A stretch of 64,000 nt of DNA from Bacteroidota bacterium (lineage in GTDB: Bacteria > Bacteroidota > Bacteroidia > Bacteroidales > JAAUTT01). Positions 8,687 through 16,722 of this stretch are shown here, one piece after another. The stretch lies in contig JAIFLU010000017.1 in the NCBI GenBank assembly GCA_020048915.1, positions 484 through 64,483 on the forward strand, given 5' to 3'. Each line of letters begins with the position of its first letter. The first letter of the stretch is position 1. The notes beneath the pieces were generated by a model. It was not told the origin of the DNA. It worked only from the letters and a program-made list of their open reading frames with translations, and searched no databases. A program made the position numbers and the translations under genes.

Positions 8687-10993
8687 CTATTTTTCATACA
8701 ACTTAATGGTGCGGTAACTGCGCACTACTTTATCTTTTCTACCGTGCAATTCAGCTATTATTTCGTAAGTGCCGGGTGTATTTGGCAATTCAATTTTTAC
8801 ATATCTCCGGCTCACTTCATAAGGCAAAACTTCATAGCTGTATCTTTTGGTTTGAATAATAGAATCTCCTTTGGCTATAATAATGTTGAAATTATCATTA
8901 AAAGTTGTTCCCAAATCATTAATAACGGCAACAGAAAATTCTGCCTGTGTGCCCGACCACTGTACAATTTCAAAATCGGTTTTCCAGAGTTCGGCACAAA
9001 TAGCAAGAGCCGAAAAAGCATCAGGAACATATTTTTTGTAATATTTGTCGAACTCCAGTTTGGCGACATCAATAAAATTGTCGTTGGTTGCGCCATTGGG
9101 TATAGAAGCGGCAAGTCCAAAAGGATAAAGGATTCCAAAGCATGAACGTGTTGCCCGCCAATATTCGGTAACGGCAGCAAGATTGCGTGCATATAACTCC
9201 CTGCATTGGTCGGCATTAGCTTTGGATCCAAGCACTGCATCGTAATATGGTTTGGTTAGAGAGGTTGGCGTACCATCCCTGTTAAGCCATAAGTAAGAAT
9301 ATTCGTTAATAACACATGGTTGGTCCCAGTGCCAGTTTGGAGAAAGCCCATAGGTATATTGGTATGGTAAGTAAAATGTAGACGGTAGCTTTTCTGCCGT
9401 TGCCATGTATTCCATAGAAAAAGGTTTGTCCTTATGTCCATCAGGCTTTATCATTTCCGATCCCGCTGTCCAACTTTCGAAATACGGATGTGCTTCACGA
9501 ATATCTCCAGCACTTACAGGGGGCGACCAACCATTGTCCCAAACGCGGTTGGATAAATCAAGTTTACTAACTTCTTTAATTGCTTCTCCGGTTTCTTTCG
9601 ACCACGATTCGTTTTGGGCATCCCATACTATTACGCTTGGGTGGTTCCAACGCTCCCGCATCCAATCAGTATATTCTATAATCAACTGTTTTGATTTCAA
9701 GTTTTTTGGCCAAATGCCCCATTTTTTAAAAGGATCTGCTGCTTGTTCTTCCACACTTCCTATATCAGGTTGATAGGCATACCAGATGGCATATTCATCG
9801 AAAATCATCATTCCTTCTTCGTCGGCTATATCATACCACATTTCAGGCGCGGGGCCAATTGCAAAACGCACACCATTCATCCCCATTTTTGTAAAACTCC
9901 TGAATAATTGTCGTACCCATACCGAATCCCATGGGAGCTGTTTAGAGAGAGTATCTTCAAAAAACCGATGAATGCCAAAATTTGTACCGCGTATAAAGCA
10001 GGGTTCATTGTTCAAAAGGGCTTTATTGGAATAAGAACTGTCAACTGCAAAAGAGCGCATTCCAAAACGGGTTTGATAGGAATAATTGCTGTTTGAAAGT
10101 CGCAAAACATACAGGTTCGGTTCTTCCGGTGTCCACAGCTTGCAATCCTTTATTGGAATGTTAACCGCCTTTATCGTCTCTGTCCCTGATTCAATATCAC
10201 CACTTTTTATGATGGTATGGCCAACCTTTTTACCCGATATTAATTCATAAACATTTGCATTAAGTTCGAGTGATTGCCCAGCCTTTTGGTGGGTAGCAAA
10301 ATAGACAACCGCTTTTATACTTTCGGCTTCAATATCGGGAACAATTTGTGTACGGGTCACGATTGGATCTCCTGAAAAAAGCAATTGCACATGGTCATAA
10401 ATGCCTGATGGATAACGATGCCTCTCCGGATCACCGCCCGAAACTACAGAATCAGGCACCGAAGAAATAAATGCTCCAACCCTTATAATTATTTCATTTT
10501 CAATATTATTGCCTTTTAAAAATGGTGTAACTGAAAAATACAGAGGGGTGAAATTCTTTGGGCTTTCCCCAACTTCTTTCCCATTTATAAAAACCTTGGT
10601 ACCAAACATAGATTTGAAAATTTTTAAACGTACCAATTCGGGTATGTTACCAGCAATGGTAAACTTTCTGCGGTACCAGTAAGCCGAATTTTCAGGTTTT
10701 TCTTCGCCCGCGTTTTTAAAAGCTGGAGTGGCCGAAGTAATCAAACCCGGAACTGGAACGGTTGCTGAAAACTGAGATGGAATTTGTAACTTGTTGCCTT
10801 CAGCCACTTCCCACTGGCCATCCAGAGATATTATTCTTCCCCATTCCCGGTTTTGAGGAGTATAGGATTGGTTTTGGCTAATTGTTTTATGATACACTTG
10901 AGCAAAAAGCTGATTCAAAGCAAATTGAAATAAAAGAAGAGAAGTTATAAAAAGTAGTAACGGTAACTTCTTGATTTTGTATATTTTATTCAT
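8687..10993 (-). CDS. GH2-family glycoside hydrolase (divergent)
   Basis: Signal peptide, ISLDGQW, WYRRKF, LWTPEEPNLY, RFGMRSF, IRGTN, NHPSVIVWDAQNE (acid/base), VINEY (nucleophile). Confidence 0.85.
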   Translation of the reverse strand: MNKIYKIKKLPLLLFITSLLLFQFALNQLFAQVYHKTISQNQSYTPQNREWGRIISLDGQWEVAEGNKLQIPSQFSATVPVPGLITSATPAFKNAGEEKPENSAYWYRRKFTIAGNIPELVRLKIFKSMFGTKVFINGKEVGESPKNFTPLYFSVTPFLKGNNIENEIIIRVGAFISSVPDSVVSGGDPERHRYPSGIYDHVQLLFSGDPIVTRTQIVPDIEAESIKAVVYFATHQKAGQSLELNANVYELISGKKVGHTIIKSGDIESGTETIKAVNIPIKDCKLWTPEEPNLYVLRLSNSNYSYQTRFGMRSFAVDSSYSNKALLNNEPCFIRGTNFGIHRFFEDTLSKQLPWDSVWVRQLFRSFTKMGMNGVRFAIGPAPEMWYDIADEEGMMIFDEYAIWYAYQPDIGSVEEQAADPFKKWGIWPKNLKSKQLIIEYTDWMRERWNHPSVIVWDAQNESWSKETGEAIKEVSKLDLSNRVWDNGWSPPVSAGDIREAHPYFESWTAGSEMIKPDGHKDKPFSMEYMATAEKLPSTFYLPYQYTYGLSPNWHWDQPCVINEYSYLWLNRDGTPTSLTKPYYDAVLGSKANADQCRELYARNLAAVTEYWRATRSCFGILYPFGLAASIPNGATNDNFIDVAKLEFDKYYKKYVPDAFSALAICAELWKTDFEIVQWSGTQAEFSVAVINDLGTTFNDNFNIIIAKGDSIIQTKRYSYEVLPYEVSRRYVKIELPNTPGTYEIIAELHGRKDKVVRSYRTIKLYEK

Positions 10994-10998
10994 GCGTA

Positions 10999-11081
10999 TA
11001 TAATTTGTTCTTTAATTGTCAGATGGAACTTGCCAACGATAATCATGTGTGTGTGAGATTATCTCTCACGGTTCGTTTCAT
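10999..11081 (-). repeat. About 83-bp diverged direct repeat, copy 2
   Basis: Same blocks as 8590..8673. The ATG(11081)..TGA(11019) spacing is also 63 nt, but there is an internal TGA. Confidence 0.8.
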
Positions 11082-11090
11082 TATTTGATT

Positions 11091-11236
11091 TTATAAATTA
11101 ATGCTTACATCTTGCCCATTGGAGTATTTCAATTTCAAAACTCCGCCATTGTCAAGTACACACATATAATGGCATTTTTTTTCTCTGCACAAAAAATAGC
11201 AACTAAAAATAATGCGCAATAAAATAAATATTTCAT
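11091..11236 (-). pseudogene. Deletion scar: signal-peptide start joined to the last ~22 codons of a 'family X' gene
   Basis: MKYLFYCALFLVAIFCAEKK is joined out of frame to VLDNGGVLKLKYSNGQDVSINL*, which has 14/21 identities with the C-terminus of 63490..64000 (LEKGGVLKLKYSTGNDVVITF*). Confidence 0.8.
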
Positions 11237-11264
11237 TATGATTTTGTTATTGAACAAATTCTAT

Positions 11265-12689
11265 TTATTTAGACAAATTAGTCACTTTGATCATCTTAGC
11301 ATATTTAAAATCCATATTTTTAGGGAGTTTAATTTCAATTCCATTGACTACACTTGAAAATGAAAGTGATTCTTGTGTTTTTCCAAATAGCAAAATTTTT
11401 GATGATTGACTTATTTTGCAATTAGGTATGAATATAGAATTGTTTTTTGGTGCAGAAAGCAAGAATATGTATAAATCCTCGTTCTTTTGAGTAAATCTTA
11501 CTTGGGTTTCATCATTTAATACTGCCGAAGGAATAACATATGGATGCGTATCGTAAATTCCTTCACTGTTTATTTTCATCCATTCGCCTAAGTCGGTCAG
11601 TCGTTTCAACTGATTTTCAGGAATTGTACCATCGGCTTTGGGGCCTACGTTTAACAGTAAATTCCCGTTTTTGCTTACTATATCAATGAACAAATGAATT
11701 AATTCTTCGGAAGACAGTAAATGTTCATCACCTTCCACCTGATTGTTCCCAAACGAATATCCGATCCCTCGATAGGTTTCCCACTTTTTAGCAACAATAG
11801 AGTCCATCACCTGATATTCGGGGGTGGTAAAATTGTACATTTCAGGATATTGATTCCAACGATCGTTGGTGACAGCCTGCGGATTTAAATTAAATAATTC
11901 GGAGAATATGCCTAAAAAATCCCCATTTTTTGGATAATTCACATCATTCCATAAAATATCGGGTTTATAACGATGTATCAGTTCGTGAACCTGGCAATCG
12001 GCATAAGCAGTATAAGCTAATGACTTTGGCATGCTTTCAAATAAATCGGGCCAGAGATTTGTTATCGGGCTTTGGTTAAAGGTCAAGTCGAGGCCACCAC
12101 AATAATAAACTCCAAACTTCATCCCTTTAGCCCGTACCGACTGGCACAATTCGCCAGTAAAATCAAGGGGACTGTTTATTTTTTCCTTTTCCATGAAAGG
12201 ATTTGTAATTCTGGAAGGGTACATGGTAAAGCCATCCATGTGTTTTGTGGTAAAAACAACATAGCGGGCTCCAATATTTGAAAATATGGTTGACCAAGAA
12301 TCAGCATTCCATTGCTTTGCTTGATTGATTAAGGTGTCACTGAAATTGTAATAATCGTAATCCTTTCCATATACTTTTTCATGGTGCGTCTGAGTTGGCG
12401 AACCGTTTATCCGAAGTGAATTCAAATACCATTCTGCATAAGGATTGCTTTTGTAAAAAGCTCTCCAATCGGTAACTTTATCGGGTGTGGTTGTAGGAGT
12501 TGCCCATGCAGGAACAGAATACAAACCCCAATGAATAAAAATACCAAGTTTAGCATCATTATACCATTGGGGAGCTTTCCTTGTTGAAAGCGATTCTTTT
12601 GTTGAAAGATAAACTTTTTCAGAAGTTTCCTGGGCAAATGTGATTCTTGCTATTGCCAGAATAGCCATTATTAAAATCATTTTTCTCAT
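11265..12689 (-). CDS. GH29 alpha-L-fucosidase
   Basis: WYNDAKLGIFIHWGLYSVP, YAEWY, ILWND (nucleophile), TPEY, IVSKNGNLLLNVGP. Confidence 0.92.
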   Translation of the reverse strand: MRKMILIMAILAIARITFAQETSEKVYLSTKESLSTRKAPQWYNDAKLGIFIHWGLYSVPAWATPTTTPDKVTDWRAFYKSNPYAEWYLNSLRINGSPTQTHHEKVYGKDYDYYNFSDTLINQAKQWNADSWSTIFSNIGARYVVFTTKHMDGFTMYPSRITNPFMEKEKINSPLDFTGELCQSVRAKGMKFGVYYCGGLDLTFNQSPITNLWPDLFESMPKSLAYTAYADCQVHELIHRYKPDILWNDVNYPKNGDFLGIFSELFNLNPQAVTNDRWNQYPEMYNFTTPEYQVMDSIVAKKWETYRGIGYSFGNNQVEGDEHLLSSEELIHLFIDIVSKNGNLLLNVGPKADGTIPENQLKRLTDLGEWMKINSEGIYDTHPYVIPSAVLNDETQVRFTQKNEDLYIFLLSAPKNNSIFIPNCKISQSSKILLFGKTQESLSFSSVVNGIEIKLPKNMDFKYAKMIKVTNLSK

Positions 12690-12725
12690 ACCTTAAAACC
12701 ATTTTTAATTGCTACTTGTACATTT

Positions 12726-14681
12726 TTAATTGGTTATTGATCCTCCTAATGTCATATTATCTGGTGATTTACCATCAATAGACATATATATCAATTTACT
12801 TTCATGAGGATTTAATTCGATATGAATAACTGTTTTAACACCTAAATTAATTGCACCATTTACACTCCAATCAAAACAGGTAGTTGATTTATTTCCAATA
12901 AGTTTTTCAATTGTAAAATTGGCGCTTTCCTTTTCATCACTTCTATTCACAAAAAGAGTTGCATAGCTATTTTTAGAAGGATACTCACGCACCATGACTT
13001 CAAATTTCTCAGGTTTATCGATAAAAGGCAATGTAGAATTCAGTTTTGTTGTAGAGGGTTCTAAAAATCTAAAAAGATCAGTCCTAAATTTTGGAATATC
13101 ATGAAATAAATCTGAAGTATTAATTACACCTCCAAGCATACCCATCCAAAGAATCATAGATTGAGCTTCGTCATTATTCATGTGGTTATATTTCTCACGT
13201 AAAATCATCGCATCGGGATCATTTTGCCACCAAACATTATTAATGTGTTGCGCACCTATTGACTCATCAAACATATTTTTGCCACCCTCCCACATAGGTC
13301 GAATATCCGCTGAAATACGCATTCCATCGACATAACTAATCATAGGCGCAAAAGGAGCAATACAACCTAACCAATAGGATTCTGGACCAATTTCCTGACG
13401 AATCATTTCGAATAATTCATGTTGATATTCAAATGATGTTTTACCGGGAGTAAATCTTTTCACATTAGCAGAAGATTCGGAACCATACAACATAAAATCT
13501 GTTTTAAAGAACGTAATACCCATCTTTCTAAATGCTCTAAATACTTGACGTAAATATTCCATCACTTCAGGATTACTGGTATCTAAAGTATAAATTTCTT
13601 CATCCATCTGGCCCCACAAACGTTCCTCACCATAAAAGGTCATGTTAATAATTGGTGTTTCATCTTTCTTATATAAAATCCAATTGGGATGTTCTTTATA
13701 CAATTTACTTTTATTTCCAATCATGTAGGGACCAATCCATATACCCGCTTTGTAACCATTATCAATAATTTCTTTTACTGATTTATCGAGACCTTTTGGA
13801 AATTTATAAAATGGTTCTAACCAATCGCCAGCATGCGGAAAATAACCCGCATCTATTTGTATGGTTTGAATGGGAACATTGGGTGTAACAGTTTTGAAAC
13901 CTTTTAAGTATTCTGAAAGCATCTCATCGGTTAAGTGATAATAAGCATAATACCATGAACACCAATGATACGACTGAGGTTTGTCATTTTTTACATTTTT
14001 GGTTTTAGCAACTTCTGATGCTTCATTTTTCATAGCTTCAAAAGCTGATACATTCTCTGTAATATAAAAAGTGGGCAATTTATCAGTTCGAACCATTTCA
14101 GTTGATATACATACATCAATCATTTTTTTGCCACCATACCTGGCTGTGGGGTAAAAATTGGTATAGGATTGATATTTTGAATAATCGCGTGTTGAAATTA
14201 CCATTGTTGACCCACTATCAGGAAGCATTCCTGAAATTAATGAAGAGCTGCTAAAATCTAATTTATCAATAGGCCATTCTTTTATACCCCCCGCTCCCAT
14301 AATTGCTGACGGAGTTCGGTAAATACGGTTAGCGTTTACAACTATTGCATCATGAATAGGAGAAATAAATGCAGTTTTAATATTATTTATTAAGATATTA
14401 GTATTTACCGTTATCGCACTGCCTTCATTGGCCAATATAATTTCAAATTTCCCGTCAGTCAGAAAATATTGAATAGTTTTTTGATTGTTTTTGGCAATAA
14501 TTTTAACACTTGTTGGCTTAAGCATTATATTATCGATGGCAGGATAACAATTCAAAATTTTAACACTTGTTCCTATGATATCAAATGTTCCATCATTTCT
14601 TACACTAAATTGAATGTTTTGTGAAAAAACATCCGCTATTCCTATAAAAAAGGAAATACTAATTGCTAAAATAATCTTCAT
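12726..14681 (-). CDS. GH36 (clan D) alpha-galactosidase-like protein
   Basis: WCSWY, IQIDAGY, KFPKG, AGIWIGP, LDTSNPEV, FKTDF, MRISAD, WQNDPD. Confidence 0.82.
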   Translation of the reverse strand: MKIILAISISFFIGIADVFSQNIQFSVRNDGTFDIIGTSVKILNCYPAIDNIMLKPTSVKIIAKNNQKTIQYFLTDGKFEIILANEGSAITVNTNILINNIKTAFISPIHDAIVVNANRIYRTPSAIMGAGGIKEWPIDKLDFSSSSLISGMLPDSGSTMVISTRDYSKYQSYTNFYPTARYGGKKMIDVCISTEMVRTDKLPTFYITENVSAFEAMKNEASEVAKTKNVKNDKPQSYHWCSWYYAYYHLTDEMLSEYLKGFKTVTPNVPIQTIQIDAGYFPHAGDWLEPFYKFPKGLDKSVKEIIDNGYKAGIWIGPYMIGNKSKLYKEHPNWILYKKDETPIINMTFYGEERLWGQMDEEIYTLDTSNPEVMEYLRQVFRAFRKMGITFFKTDFMLYGSESSANVKRFTPGKTSFEYQHELFEMIRQEIGPESYWLGCIAPFAPMISYVDGMRISADIRPMWEGGKNMFDESIGAQHINNVWWQNDPDAMILREKYNHMNNDEAQSMILWMGMLGGVINTSDLFHDIPKFRTDLFRFLEPSTTKLNSTLPFIDKPEKFEVMVREYPSKNSYATLFVNRSDEKESANFTIEKLIGNKSTTCFDWSVNGAINLGVKTVIHIELNPHESKLIYMSIDGKSPDNMTLGGSITN

Positions 14682-14715
14682 GTTTTAGTTTATTAGTAAG
14701 TTATGTTTAACCCAA

Positions 14716-16626
14716 TTAATTTCCAGAAATATAAATAGCAAAACCTCCATTTTTTGCCATGGTAATAGAAAGAGGTTTAGTAGTTGAAACAACAACATCT
14801 TTTACCTCACAGCTATTAAAAGCGTCGTTACCATCGCAGTATAGTTTAACCGTTTGGTCATTCTTTAAAAAGTCAGTTTTAATTTCTACTGTTCGTTCAT
14901 CACCAGCATTAATTCCGGCAATAAACCAATCGCTATTATTACGGCGGGCGATACAAAAATATTGACCGGGATATCCATCTAAAAATTTAGTTTCATCCCA
15001 GGTAGAAACTAATTTCGATAACAATTCTTTTGCCGGAGAATTCAAATACATTTCGGGTTTATCGCACATAACCAGCCATCCCGATTCAACTACAACCGAC
15101 AAGGCTAATTCATGTGCATACGACGTAGTTCTATTTGGAGTAGAAAAAGCAACTGGCGTATAATCCATAGAACCAATTACGTTACGAGTAAATGCAACAG
15201 CACAATTATGCTCAGGTGTTGGAGGTTGCCAATTAAAAATGTAATATTCCGAACCTTTAATGCCTTCTTGTGTCATTAGATTTGGATATGTTCTTCGTTC
15301 GCCACGTGGAGGATAATCGCCATGAAAACTAACCAACAAATGATATTTTAGGGCATCACTTAAACAGGCTTCGCGAAAAGCCATGGCTTCCTGATTGGTA
15401 CTATTAATAAAATCTATTTTAATACCTTTTATACCTAAATCGCGATAGCGACCAAAAATATCGGCTCGTTTTTCGGGCGTATTCAAATTTCTTCGTTCAT
15501 CCCAACCATATACTGATACGCCTTTTGATGCAGCATAATCCACAATGCGTTTTACCCAGGGTGTTGTTTTCCATTTATCTATTGCATAAGAAGGAGAGCC
15601 AATTAATGAAACATCAAATTCAACAAATGTCCAATTCATAGCCGATGCCAAATCAATATATTCTTTTAATGCCACAGTATCGCCATTGGCTAAGTTATTT
15701 CCCCACCATGGAAACACAGAAACGCCGGGCTTAATCCAAGAAACATCAGACTGTGTGGGAGCAGGACATAAGGCTTCAATTAACGTTGATTCAACTATTG
15801 GCTTCAACGTTTCACCAACCATAATAACCCGCCATGGAGAAGAAAAATTAGGTGATGCAATAATATCTGTTCGTTCATTTTCGAGAACTAATTCATACGT
15901 TTCTTTATAATTAACATTAGTGTGTTTAAATTTAGGATAACGAATATTGATGTTGAAAATATTATCGCCTGAATTTCCACTCAGACTGCTTGCGCAATAC
16001 TTGCTCATTACATCGGCTTCATGAATAAGTATAAATTTATTAGAAGGCGTTTGAACTAAGAAAGGCATCACATAAATGGCGGCTTTCATGGTATCAATTT
16101 TCTGCTTTGGATAAAAACCTTCATTGTCAATTCGGCTTTCCATAGCCCATGCCAATGAGCCAGTAGGGATTTTAAAACCGCTAATTTCGTCTTCAACAAT
16201 TTCATTTTTATTATTCGACAACTTATAACGATAGGCAATTCCATCATTATAAGCCCTAAAAACGACATTCATTTTTTCGCCATTATTATTTACTACCTGC
16301 AATATAAGTTCATTACAAGAGTTATAACTTTTCTTTTGTTTACCTGAAAACAACATAAGCGTATCGCGTAAAGAAGCTACATCACTTTGTGTAATTTTTA
16401 AGTTAGACGTAAAATCAAATGCCTCATTTTCAAATTTAATACCCAAAGGAGATTGCTCAATAATAAGCGTGTCGTTAATAGAAACCGAATAAAACAGTTG
16501 ATTGTTAATTTCCACTATTTCGGCTTTCAACCTTCCATCAGGAGATGTAATATTTTTTTGAATATTATTGCAAGCAAAACTTACAATTAATAAAAAAAGT
16601 GCTGTAATTTTTATAGATATCTTCAT
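14716..16626 (-). CDS. GH97 glycoside hydrolase (lipoprotein; probably the retaining subgroup)
   Basis: Lipobox VSFAC, SPDG, RAYNDGIAYRY, SPWR, WIKPG, YIDLA, GIKIDF, FHG, MDYTP, WDETKFLDGYPG. Confidence 0.9.
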   Translation of the reverse strand: MKISIKITALFLLIVSFACNNIQKNITSPDGRLKAEIVEINNQLFYSVSINDTLIIEQSPLGIKFENEAFDFTSNLKITQSDVASLRDTLMLFSGKQKKSYNSCNELILQVVNNNGEKMNVVFRAYNDGIAYRYKLSNNKNEIVEDEISGFKIPTGSLAWAMESRIDNEGFYPKQKIDTMKAAIYVMPFLVQTPSNKFILIHEADVMSKYCASSLSGNSGDNIFNINIRYPKFKHTNVNYKETYELVLENERTDIIASPNFSSPWRVIMVGETLKPIVESTLIEALCPAPTQSDVSWIKPGVSVFPWWGNNLANGDTVALKEYIDLASAMNWTFVEFDVSLIGSPSYAIDKWKTTPWVKRIVDYAASKGVSVYGWDERRNLNTPEKRADIFGRYRDLGIKGIKIDFINSTNQEAMAFREACLSDALKYHLLVSFHGDYPPRGERRTYPNLMTQEGIKGSEYYIFNWQPPTPEHNCAVAFTRNVIGSMDYTPVAFSTPNRTTSYAHELALSVVVESGWLVMCDKPEMYLNSPAKELLSKLVSTWDETKFLDGYPGQYFCIARRNNSDWFIAGINAGDERTVEIKTDFLKNDQTVKLYCDGNDAFNSCEVKDVVVSTTKPLSITMAKNGGFAIYISGN

Positions 16627-16722
16627 GTTAAAATATTTGTTAATAGTTTATTGCAAACAGTTTAGAACAATTCTGATTTTAACTTATAAAATCGAAAACG
16701 CAACAACCATAATTCTTATAAA

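Noticed and set aside
8590-11081. CRISPR array or IS terminal repeats
   Set aside because: Only two diverged direct copies 2.4 kb apart, not inverted, with no spacer periodicity and no cas or transposase gene.
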